Below are positions 9,915 to 18,683 of a stretch of DNA of 64,000 nt, one piece after another. The position numbers and the translations under genes are program-made. Location of the stretch: assembly GCA_964585155.1 (NCBI GenBank), contig CAZPCQ010000001.1, positions 8,070 to 72,069 on the forward strand, read 5' to 3'. The notes beneath the pieces are model-generated. The model made no database searches. It saw only the letters and a program-made list of their open reading frames with translations, and was not told the origin of the DNA. Source of the DNA: an uncultured Candidatus Saccharibacteria bacterium (GTDB lineage Bacteria > Patescibacteriota > Saccharimonadia > Saccharimonadales > Saccharimonadaceae). The stretch's first letter is position 1. Every line of letters begins with the position of its first letter.

Positions 9915-11021
9915 TCAACTCTTCAACGGCATTACTATATGAATGTAATTATTACACCCCACCCCCTGCACCACCACCGGATCCAACCTATTCGCAAACC
10001 GGAAAATCACTTCATCCTCTACCGTCGCATTCAGTGCATCTAGCAAAAACCTCGAGTTTAGTGTTACTTTTCCATCCACTTCTACTTTCGTCGCAATCTC
10101 TGAGCTATTCTCTCCTAATTCATTCGCCACTGCCGCAATCGCAAAAGTCCCATTTTCTACACTCGTGCTGCACACTACCGACCCACCTACTTCTCGCGCA
10201 AACAATGCCGCTAATTTTGTCACTCTGATCAACTCGCTTTTACCTAATTCCACTTTCACTTCCGATTCTTTCGGGATTAACTGTCGATAATCAGGGAACG
10301 AACCATCCACCAATTTTGAAGTTACCTCAATTCCATCTAAGCGGAACTTCACTTGCGTCTCGTCAAACAATATTTCCACTTCTTCCATTTCATCACTGAG
10401 CGACCGCATCACTTCCTGTAGCGACCCCGCCGGCACAATTGCCGACACTTCCGCCTCTACTTTATCCACCAGTTTACGCTCTGCCAGCCTATATCCATCC
10501 GTCGCCGCCACATACAGTCCACCTTCAAAAGTATTAAAATACACCCCAGTTAGCGCCGGTCGCGTCATATCACTACTCGCCGCCATCATCACTTGTCCCA
10601 GCCCCGCCTTAAATTCTTCCGCCGGCACCCGGAAACTCACCATTTTCTCTTCCTCTAATTCTGGCAATTCCGGAAAATCATCCGCCAACGCTCCATTAAT
10701 CATCGACCGACAAGCCCCCGCTTTCACTTCCACTTTCGTCCCATCCGCCGTAATTTCCACCATCTCACCCCTCGGTAGATTACTCACAAACTCCGCTATC
10801 AGTTTCGCCGGTACTGTCACTACTCCATTTTGACTATCCGTTACCGGTAACACACTCATTACTGCCATATCCAAATTTGTAGTGGTTAGACTTACTTTCT
10901 TATCTTCCACTCTTACTAATACATTGCTTAAAATCGGCAAAGTTGCCCGAGATCCCGCTGCTACTCGGCTCACATTACTTAAAGCCTTCGCCAACTTTTC
11001 CTGCAAAATCTTAATTTCCAT
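9915..11021 (-). CDS. dnaN: DNA polymerase III beta clamp
   Basis: LPILSNVL, RPALTG, AATDGYRLAE, GSFPDYRQLIP, IVMPL. Confidence 0.97.
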   Translation of the reverse strand: MEIKILQEKLAKALSNVSRVAAGSRATLPILSNVLVRVEDKKVSLTTTNLDMAVMSVLPVTDSQNGVVTVPAKLIAEFVSNLPRGEMVEITADGTKVEVKAGACRSMINGALADDFPELPELEEEKMVSFRVPAEEFKAGLGQVMMAASSDMTRPALTGVYFNTFEGGLYVAATDGYRLAERKLVDKVEAEVSAIVPAGSLQEVMRSLSDEMEEVEILFDETQVKFRLDGIEVTSKLVDGSFPDYRQLIPKESEVKVELGKSELIRVTKLAALFAREVGGSVVCSTSVENGTFAIAAVANELGENSSEIATKVEVDGKVTLNSRFLLDALNATVEDEVIFRFANRLDPVVVQGVGCNNYIHIVMPLKS

Positions 11022-11040
11022 ACTTCCTTTATCAGCCCTT

Positions 11041-11288
11041 CATTATAATTTATTTAATAATAGTAATAGTAAGTACTGTGGAAATTGTGGAAAACGCTCC
11101 CCCATATCTGTTTTCCTATGTGCAAATCGACCTGCAAAACTTTCCCACAGCCACGTGCAAAACTCCGACTTTTACCCACCAAAACCCCACTTTCCGACTT
11201 TTTCACAGCCCCCTTCCAACTTTCCCACAGTCTTTCCCACAAACTTTCCCACAAACTTATCCACATTTTTTCCACAGCCACCGCATTT
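11041..11288. promoter_or_regulatory. oriC: oriC: AT-rich DUE, DnaA-trios and DnaA boxes between dnaA and dnaN
   Basis: TAA TAA TAG TAA TAG TAA (11055-11072), then GTAC and TGTGGAAAT/TGTGGAAAA (11077, 11086). This matches the B. subtilis basal unwinding layout. Further boxes at 11221, 11233, 11245, 11257 (TTATCCACA) and 11268. Confidence 0.9.
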
Positions 11289-12662
11289 TTACCCATAAAT
11301 CTGCTCCCTCAGCTCGTTTACCTGATCCCTCAGACTGAAGTTCAATTTCAGGTCCTTTTCAATTTTCTTTACTCCGTGCATCACCGTTGTATGATCCTTC
11401 ACCCCTACCTCTAGCGCAATTTTCGGCGTACTCATCCCTAAATCTTTCGACAAAATATACATCGCCACCTGCCGTGCATTCTTAATATGCGCCACCCGAC
11501 TCTTTCCGCACATTTCTTTCGGTGTTAATTGATAAAACTTCGCCACTTTTTCTACCACCATCTTCGGTGACACCGTCTTCGCTCGTGTTGCATTAACCGA
11601 GTTCGCATACCCTTCCGTAATTACCTGATAAGGCGTCATATTCTTAAAATCTGCCACCGCCAAAATATGTGTCAACTCTCCTTCCAGTGCCCGAATATTT
11701 GTCTTCACATTATCCGCAATATATTCAATCGCTTCATCTTCAATTTCCGCTCCCCGGAACTCCGCCATCGATTTTAAAATCGCGCACCGGTCCTCAAACT
11801 GCGGCATCTGCAAATCATACTCACCCGCCTGTGATAGCCGCGACGCCAATCTCACATCTACCGACTTAATCTCATTCGGCAACCGATCCGATGTTACAAT
11901 AATCTGTTTGTCGTGTTGTGTTAGCTCGTTAAAAATATCAAAAAACTCCGCCTGTGACGCATCCTTATTCATGATCATCTGGAAATCATCAACAATCAAC
12001 ACATCTAATTTTTGGAATCTCTGCCGGAATTCCTCAATTTTTTTTGTCTGCAGCGCCTTAATGAAATCTGAATAAAAACTCGATATCGGCGTATAAAATA
12101 CTTTTAGTGACGGATCTCGCTTCAAGATCTCATTTCCGATCGCCTGCACTAGATGCGTCTTACCTAGTCCCGGTCCGCCATACAGGAAAAACGGGTTGTA
12201 TCTCGTCCCCGGCGCGTCAATTACATTTTGCGCCACGTTCACCGCTAGATCGTTATTTGTACCAATCACAAAATTATCTAGCGTATATCTTGGATTTAGC
12301 CCCGTTTGTACCGACCCGTTCACTAGTGGGGAAGAACGGTAATTTGAAGTCGCCACATTTGCTAATGACTGAATCGCATCCACTGGCGGTCTCGATATAT
12401 GATTTTTCGGTTTCGGCTTCTCTCGCGTCAAAATATCATATTTTATCTCTGTGACCGCTATGTCATTATGCGTCAGCGCCATCTTGATTACATCCGAGTA
12501 TTTCGACTGCAACTGTTTCCGCTTAAACACATTCGGCACCCCAATCACAATCAAATCATCTTCTATCGAAAGTAACTCTGCTCCAGTAAACCAAGTCGCA
12601 AACTGTTCCTTCGGAATCGTCTGTTCAATCTCAGCCATCACCTTCTTCCACACATCAAGCAT
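11289..12662 (-). CDS. dnaA: Chromosomal replication initiator DnaA
   Basis: YNPFFLYGGPGLGKTHL, DDFQ, RLASR, ARQVAMY, KDHTTVMHG. Confidence 0.98.
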   Translation of the reverse strand: MLDVWKKVMAEIEQTIPKEQFATWFTGAELLSIEDDLIVIGVPNVFKRKQLQSKYSDVIKMALTHNDIAVTEIKYDILTREKPKPKNHISRPPVDAIQSLANVATSNYRSSPLVNGSVQTGLNPRYTLDNFVIGTNNDLAVNVAQNVIDAPGTRYNPFFLYGGPGLGKTHLVQAIGNEILKRDPSLKVFYTPISSFYSDFIKALQTKKIEEFRQRFQKLDVLIVDDFQMIMNKDASQAEFFDIFNELTQHDKQIIVTSDRLPNEIKSVDVRLASRLSQAGEYDLQMPQFEDRCAILKSMAEFRGAEIEDEAIEYIADNVKTNIRALEGELTHILAVADFKNMTPYQVITEGYANSVNATRAKTVSPKMVVEKVAKFYQLTPKEMCGKSRVAHIKNARQVAMYILSKDLGMSTPKIALEVGVKDHTTVMHGVKKIEKDLKLNFSLRDQVNELREQIYG

Positions 12663-12679
12663 AGACCCCCGTCACCTCC

Positions 12680-12870
12680 TTCCTTAATAACTTCATTATA
12701 CCAAACCTTCTCCCATTTTTCCACAGTTTTTTCTCCAAAAACCCACATTTTCCAACTATGTTATAATATGTCCACTCCGTAACAGAGATAACTTTTCCAC
12801 AGCCAGCTCCAAATCTCTAGTTTAATATGTGGAAAACTTCTTGAAAAAAGTGGAAAACTGGTGTATACTA
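12680..12870. promoter_or_regulatory. Divergent dnaA/rpmH promoters with DnaA boxes
   Basis: Boxes at 12717, 12793, 12828, 12849. rpmH promoter TTGAAA(12841)-17-TATACT(12864). Minus-strand TGGTATAAT near 12686. Confidence 0.7.
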
Positions 12871-12925
12871 GAACAAGTAATTGCTATACATTAAAGCACA
12901 AGAGTAATAAATTGGAGAAAATACT

Positions 12926-13063
12926 ATGCCAAAGAGGACTTATCAGCCACACAAACGCCAACGCAAAGTCGAGCACGGCTTTATGAAGCGCAATAGCACC
13001 AAAAATGGTCAAAAAGTTCTGAAGCGCCGCCGTATTAAAGGTCGCGCCCGCTTAACCGCCTAA
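12926..13063 (+). CDS. rpmH: 50S ribosomal protein L34 (not in the ORF track)
   Basis: Translated by hand: [52 protein letters not shown]. Confidence 0.97.
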   Translation: MPKRTYQPHKRQRKVEHGFMKRNSTKNGQKVLKRRRIKGRARLTA

Positions 13064-13069
13064 CTTACT

Positions 13070-13101
13070 AAAATAACCCTCAATGACGGGGGTTATTTTT
13101 T
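13070..13101 (+). terminator. Terminator after rpmH
   Basis: AAAATAACCCT-CAATGAC-GGGGGTTATTTTTT. Confidence 0.75.
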
Positions 13102-13145
13102 GAAGAAAAGAATACGAAGGGGTGGGAGTGCAAGCCCTTCAAAAA
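13097..13145 (+). repeat. Structured repeat family A, 3' remnant
   Basis: GAAGGGGTGGGAGTGCAAGCC is also present in the 14.1 and 62.2 kb copies. Confidence 0.7.
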
Positions 13146-13185
13146 CATATTTGCATTTTCATTTCAAATCTAGTATAATAAAAGT

Positions 13186-13545
13186 ATGTTATCCCAGCGT
13201 TATCGTTTTCATTCTCGGGGCGGCGTTAATTACACTTATCAAAAGGGTAAAACTATTCGCACGCCTCTGATTTCGCTAGTCTATAATCATAACTCTCGCG
13301 GCCGCCAACGCTTCGCTGTCGTCGTTTCCAAAAAAGTTCTTAAATCCGCCGTCGGTCGCAATACTATCCGCCGCCGCGTTTATGAGGCCATCCGCCTCGA
13401 ACTTCCGGGCTACCGCGAGCCGATGGATAATATTTTTGTCGTCTATAATCAATCCGTCCTCACGATGCCTTTTCTCGAACTTCGTCGCCTCATCAGGGGA
13501 CTAATGGACCGCAGCCTCACCGCTTATCATCCTCATCATAAATAA
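13186..13545 (+). CDS. rnpA: RNase P protein component
   Basis: RFAVVVSKKV.KSAVGRNTIRRR; synteny. Confidence 0.93.
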   Translation: MLSQRYRFHSRGGVNYTYQKGKTIRTPLISLVYNHNSRGRQRFAVVVSKKVLKSAVGRNTIRRRVYEAIRLELPGYREPMDNIFVVYNQSVLTMPFLELRRLIRGLMDRSLTAYHPHHK

Positions 13546-13571
13546 AAGCAGCCCCACCGAGGGCTACTTTT
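13544..13571 (+). terminator. Terminator after rnpA
   Basis: AAAAGCAGCCC-CACCGA-GGGCTACTTTT. Confidence 0.7.
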
Positions 13572-14117
13572 ATAGGCGAAGGATCTTGACATACGTTTAA
13601 TAGTGCGTTAAAATGGTCTCATACAGCTATTGAAAATTACTTTCGTTTACCGAAGGTAATTTTTATAGTCACCTTAAGGCGACTAATCTTGAATGATATA
13701 GTCATATAAGTCTCATTCCACATTGTTAAATTGTACTAATTCATCGACCAACCAATAAAGGTTGAATAGCATCGGCCAATTAGTCCTTCCTGTCAGTCTC
13801 CGCCATATCTCCATATTAGCATAAACTTTACTTAATATAAACACTAAATCATTATAAACATAAATATAAACACAAAAATAACTATATCACAACCCAAGAC
13901 TATACTTCCATAAACCAAATTTTATTATATAATAAGCAACACTAATATATCACCAAATGAATATTTAAGATATAATATTGATAATATGACACCAGATAAA
14001 AAATAAAGCCTCCTGAAGCAAAGGCCTACCGCCTCACGCCTCCCTCTAGCGAATAGTCATTATTTCATCTAAATCCAACTTTTTGTTTCTTAGTCTAGTT
14101 AAACTACGTCGTATTAT

Positions 14118-14212
14118 TCCGAGGCGACGAACCGCCCCTGAAGCGGGGCCTAAGACTTGGCCGAGCGGCCCGGAGCGGCCCCGCGGAAGGGGTGGGAGTG
14201 CAAGCCATCGGA
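14118..14212 (+). repeat. Structured repeat family A, short copy inside a larger nested inverted repeat
   Basis: GGCGACGAACCGCCCCT..CTAAGACTTGGCCGAGCGG..GCGGCCCCGCGGAAGGGGTGGGAGTGCAAGCC, flanked by a perfect 19-bp IR (14068-14086/14248-14266). Confidence 0.85.
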
Positions 14213-14406
14213 TGATTAGAAGAAAGATTTGTCTAGCATATTATCTTACAAAAAGTTGGATTTAGATTATGTACATTATTCGCTTAGAAAAAATTAAAAT
14301 ACCTTTTCCATTTTTTATTTTCAAAATATGTTAAAATTCTTTAAAATAAATATGAATTTCCACATCCCTTCTAGTCATCTCTATAAAAGTATGCTATAAT
14401 GGAACT

Positions 14407-15522
14407 ATGTTTTCATTTATTGATATGATTATCGTCCGCCCCATCACGAACATCCTCTTTTTGATCTACGGTTTCGTGGGTGATTTCGGCCTGGCGATTA
14501 TCCTTTTTACAGTTTTAGTTAAAATTTGTCTCTGGCCTATCGCCAAGAAACAGCTTCATCAGACTCGCCTGATGCGCAAGATTCAGCCTGAGCTCGCTGA
14601 GATCAAGAAGAATTGCAATGGTAACCGCCAGCTCGAATCTCTTCAGATGATGGATCTCTACAAGCGCAACAATATCAAACCTTTCCGCTCTATGCTTACG
14701 CTTATTATCCAGCTGCCGATTTTTATCGCCCTCTATACTGCGGTTCGCGTGATGGTTTTACCAGTTCCCGATGACAATCTTGAGCTTCGCGCCTACGCCC
14801 CCGTCCGCCAGATCGAGCGCGTCGAAGAAGTCGTCCAGCTTCAGCAGCCTTATCTCGAGTATCAGCGCGAAGTTGCCGCCATCCGCAGTGATAGTAATTT
14901 GAGTGACGAAGAAAAAACCGCCAAAATCGACGAACTTCCCAAAGTCACCTATGATTTTCACCCTAAACTTTTCGGTCTTGTCGATCTCGATGTTAAGGCT
15001 GGTTTTGGCTCCACTAGTGCTCTCGTGATTATGGTTTTTGCTCTCGCTTCCGCCTTCACTCAGTTTTGGATTTCTCGCCAACAACTTCCATCTAAAAAAG
15101 GTGACCGTAAAACCTTCCGCCAAATCATGGCCGAAGCCGCCGACGGTAAAGAGCCTGACCAAGCCGATATGAATCAAGTTATGTCTAGTCAGATGGCCTA
15201 TACGATGCCGATTATGATGCTCCTCATTATGATTAATCTCCCTGGCGCTCTTGTCTTTTACTATCTTATCACGAATCTTATGACCGGTCTCCAGCAAAAG
15301 TATATCCTCGGCAAAAAAGAAGAACAAATGGAAATCTCTGCCGACAAAAAACTCATCCGCGACCTCAAGAAAATGGAAGAAGGCCAGATTGTCGAAGATA
15401 CTACATCTAATCGGTGGGTCAAGAGTAAGAATGCGACCAAAAGTGAAGACAAAGCCGGTGTGAAAGTTACGCACATTTCCGCCAAAAGTAGTCGCAGGGG
15501 TCATAAGAAGAAAAGGAGTTAA
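14407..15522 (+). CDS. yidC: Membrane protein insertase YidC
   Basis: DFGLAIILFTVLVK..IQPEL..LIIQLPIFIALY; GALVFYY; synteny. Confidence 0.95.
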   Translation: MFSFIDMIIVRPITNILFLIYGFVGDFGLAIILFTVLVKICLWPIAKKQLHQTRLMRKIQPELAEIKKNCNGNRQLESLQMMDLYKRNNIKPFRSMLTLIIQLPIFIALYTAVRVMVLPVPDDNLELRAYAPVRQIERVEEVVQLQQPYLEYQREVAAIRSDSNLSDEEKTAKIDELPKVTYDFHPKLFGLVDLDVKAGFGSTSALVIMVFALASAFTQFWISRQQLPSKKGDRKTFRQIMAEAADGKEPDQADMNQVMSSQMAYTMPIMMLLIMINLPGALVFYYLITNLMTGLQQKYILGKKEEQMEISADKKLIRDLKKMEEGQIVEDTTSNRWVKSKNATKSEDKAGVKVTHISAKSSRRGHKKKRS

Positions 15523-15525
15523 TCT

Positions 15526-15987
15526 ATGAACAAAGATGAATCAATTCGGTTTGCCACCAAATACCTCGAGGACTTACTTTCGTTTTTCGGTATCAACGTC
15601 GCTGTCGATTCTACCATTGATGACGAAGTTATCCAGCTTTCCATTCCCAGCACCTCGATGAACTCCCTCCTTATCGGCCGCGAAGCGCAGAACCTCCGTG
15701 CCCTCCAGCACATCGTCTCCGCTGCCCTCACTTGTCGCGACGCCGAAGTTACCCGCGTCAATGTCGATGTCGCCGATTACAAACGTCAACGTGCCGACCG
15801 CATCGCCGAGCAAGCTGAGAGATGGATCCGCGAAGTCCGCGTCACTGGTAATCCTAAGCGTCTCAATCTCAATGCCGCCGACCGCCGTGTCGTCCACAAA
15901 GTCGCCCAAGATTACTCCGACATCCGCACTCATTCCGAAGGCGAAGGCCGCGAACGTCAGCTCATTATGGAAAAACTCCCCAACTAA
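15526..15987 (+). CDS. jag: Jag/KhpB RNA-binding protein (KH+R3H only)
   Basis: LLIGREAQNLRALQ, RRVVH..HSEGEGRER; follows yidC. Confidence 0.88.
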   Translation: MNKDESIRFATKYLEDLLSFFGINVAVDSTIDDEVIQLSIPSTSMNSLLIGREAQNLRALQHIVSAALTCRDAEVTRVNVDVADYKRQRADRIAEQAERWIREVRVTGNPKRLNLNAADRRVVHKVAQDYSDIRTHSEGEGRERQLIMEKLPN

Positions 15988-16009
15988 TCTTTTTAGGCTC
16001 CGCAACAGG

Positions 16010-16450
16010 GAATTAAACTCGATTTATGAAAAGTTTAATTCATTATTACGCGGTTTAACTTCACGCAAAAGAAAGTTTAATTTCTTGTCGTGTAATTTAA
16101 GTCTACACACAGAAAAGCATACTCCCATCGCGAACAATTTAAGTCCGCATTCAACAAAGTTTACTCTCGCTATAAACAATTTAAGTCGGAGCCTAAAGAA
16201 ACGTACCCGCCAGTACGTTTCTTTAGCCACCCCTGTTATTTTAGCAATTTTCCGCCCTTAGAAAATCTTAGTTCCGCGTCTGCAAAACTTAATCGGAAGT
16301 TCCGAAAGTTAAGTCAGAAGTTTGTAAAACATAGTCAAGAGATTAGGAAATTAAGATACAACTTAATGAAGTTAAGTGACATATTTTGTAATTTAAGTCA
16401 GATATTTCTTAAACTAAATCCTAATTTAATTGAGCTAAGTTTCAAACTCC
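16010..16450. repeat. Degenerate 21-bp tandem repeat array
   Basis: AAA(C/T)TTAA(G)T-like core recurs every 21 bp (nine consecutive units 16262-16449; AATTTAAGTC about 42 bp apart in 16095-16190). Confidence 0.7.
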
Positions 16451-16456
16451 CCCAAC

Positions 16457-18229
16457 TCACCGCGCCACGCATCTCACTGAAAGACCGTCATAACGGTTAC
16501 CATAACCACCGTTCTGTGCTGTGGGGTTTACTGAACTGCTGAAGGAGAGAACATATGATATAATATCGCTAACAGCACTATCGGATGACCAGTAATCGCC
16601 GCGAGAGCCAGCTTCTGTCATAGTCCCATGATACATATACCCACTGTATACGAAGAAAAGCGGCGCCAATCTGATATCGTATTGACCACTAGATAAGGTG
16701 CTCTGAAGGTTATATTGCGAGAGAAGGAAACCGAAAGATTTGCTGGATGTCTTATTATTGCCTATTGGTAGACGCCATCCCCTTGGACATATACTTCGTG
16801 AAGCAGATGCTTTGTCTGAAATATTCTGCGCCTCATTGGCTGTTGTTGCTCCCCAAGAGTAGTAATTACCTGATAAATAATGCGCGTCATACTCTTTATT
16901 AGTAACTACCTGGTTCCCCATATCTTTATAGAAATTAGGATTATCTGATGGAGTTAACGATTGTACGTTTTTCCATACATCTGCACATCCAGATAACGCA
17001 CTACCAGCGGTCAAATCACACTTTTTTATGGAAGTAGGATTTGAAAGTGCATATACGCCAGGGTTATAGTATTTCACCAAATTGGCGGTGTTTTGACTAC
17101 CGGACCAGAACCCACTCGCCCCCGTCGTCGACTTCCAGCTCCCCACTGTTTCCGGAATATCCGAATCCGCACTCGTCAGCGTCCTCCCGTTCAGATCAAG
17201 CGCCAAATTCTGCGTCATCCAACAGTTGCCATCCGCTAACTTCGCAATCCAGTAATACTTGCTATCTCTCGCATCCTTCACTCTTGCTGTATCACCTATC
17301 AGCGCCGCATCGCACACTCGCCACGTCATATCTTGCATTGTCGGCAGGGAAGATAGATTGACTACTTCTTTCGCATCTGTCGCTACACTCAGTGTGATAT
17401 TTGATTTATAGTGATCCGCTTTCGCCCCTTCCATATTTGCCGCGAACGCCAAAGTATATGGTTGTGTCACGTTGGTCAGTTGACTTCCATCACTTTTCTT
17501 CACTGTATCCGCCGCTATCCCTACTGTTGATTGGATTGCTTGATAAGTCAAACTCGCCGGGTCCGCATTATGACTTTTTGCCACCGCATAACCCCACTGC
17601 ATCGCGCCAATTCCATTCGCTGCTGTCGCTGTTGCGATACTACTAATTACATCCGGATTATTTGGTGTCGCACCGGTCAGCAAAGTACTGTCCGCCTGCA
17701 CGAACACTTGATATTGATCTACGTTGTTTGCTCCCACTGTGAAGTTTATGCTAATATATTGCGCTCCACCACTACTAGATACAGGCTGCGTGATAGTATT
17801 GTTATCCATTGCCGTGTCAATACTTAGTGCTACTCCTTTTTCCGGCACCGTTAGCGCTTGCGTATCGATCAAATTTTCTGTGTCACCCTCAGTTGCTGAT
17901 ACTTCACTTATTTGAGTAGGGAATATCATCATTCCGATTAACCCAACCAGAGCCAATGACGCCATCGCCGGCAAGCCTAGAGGAATTATCTTGCCCACAA
18001 TACGACTTTTCTTATGATTTAGACAAAATTCTTGGCGAGGGTCGCTCCCGAACTTTTCCACCACTCGTCCAGCCGCTTGTGTTTTCCTAAAGAAACTCTT
18101 ATTCAACTTATTTTTGTAGAAACAAGTACGTTTATCACTACGAAGAAGATGTGATTTTTGCTTAAGTTTTTCTGCACAAGAAACATTACTTTCTCGCACA
18201 GAATAAGTTTTCTTTATTCTATGCCTCAT
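16457..18229 (-). CDS. FISUMP (Fib_succ_major) domain surface protein 1
   Basis: LADGNCWMTQNL, GNYYSWGA, ICPRGWRLP, GDYWSS, GLSVRCVAR; TM helix; RBS AAGGAGG before MRHRIKK. Confidence 0.8.
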   Translation of the reverse strand: MRHRIKKTYSVRESNVSCAEKLKQKSHLLRSDKRTCFYKNKLNKSFFRKTQAAGRVVEKFGSDPRQEFCLNHKKSRIVGKIIPLGLPAMASLALVGLIGMMIFPTQISEVSATEGDTENLIDTQALTVPEKGVALSIDTAMDNNTITQPVSSSGGAQYISINFTVGANNVDQYQVFVQADSTLLTGATPNNPDVISSIATATAANGIGAMQWGYAVAKSHNADPASLTYQAIQSTVGIAADTVKKSDGSQLTNVTQPYTLAFAANMEGAKADHYKSNITLSVATDAKEVVNLSSLPTMQDMTWRVCDAALIGDTARVKDARDSKYYWIAKLADGNCWMTQNLALDLNGRTLTSADSDIPETVGSWKSTTGASGFWSGSQNTANLVKYYNPGVYALSNPTSIKKCDLTAGSALSGCADVWKNVQSLTPSDNPNFYKDMGNQVVTNKEYDAHYLSGNYYSWGATTANEAQNISDKASASRSICPRGWRLPIGNNKTSSKSFGFLLSQYNLQSTLSSGQYDIRLAPLFFVYSGYMYHGTMTEAGSRGDYWSSDSAVSDIISYVLSFSSSVNPTAQNGGYGNRYDGLSVRCVAR

Positions 18230-18566
18230 TGGCCCTCCTTGTTGGTTATTATTTTGGGCCAACACAAAATACTTGAATATAAATATAATTGGCCCTTCTT
18301 CGCTCGAGCGCCAACTTTCAGTCTACAACTAAAAACGACACCCTAGGTCCGAGTATCTCACTACGCGGAGGTGTCTACGTACAACTAATCTTTCGAATAC
18401 TTGTGAGCAAACGACTTTTTACCTAAGGTGCCGTTCAAATCTCATAAGTATTACCAAACTAGTTTCTTCAAACTTTAACAAATTGTACATAGATTATTAT
18501 AAAAATAATCCGCATAGTGAGATAACCCCATTATACCACATTTCTCACCAAATCAACCCAAAAAAC

Positions 18567-18622
18567 TTATCCACCACCCGCACACCACTTGTGCAAAACT
18601 CTGTGGAAAACTCTGTGCAAAA
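18567..18622. promoter_or_regulatory. DnaA-box-like cluster upstream of the FISUMP-1 promoter
   Basis: TTATCCACC 18567; TGTGCAAAA 18590; TGTGGAAAA 18602; TGTGCAAAA 18614. Confidence 0.55.
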
Positions 18623-18683
18623 CTTTCCGCGCACCTAATAATATAATATAACCCCGCGGAAAACCATTCCCCTACTCCCCCCT

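Noticed and set aside
11054-11414. Short ORFs across oriC (MGKNAVAVEKMW.. etc.)
   Set aside because: They are by-products of DnaA boxes and trios.
8160-14400. Canonical parS (TGTTTCACGTGAAACA) near the origin
   Set aside because: Not found on reading; not exhaustively scanned.
16010-16450. Possible CRISPR array
   Set aside because: Units are contiguous and degenerate with no spacers; no cas genes in the window.
9915-16459. TGA recoding (genetic code 25)
   Set aside because: dnaN and FISUMP-1 end at TGA at the expected C-termini, and conserved genes have no internal TGA; code 11 fits.
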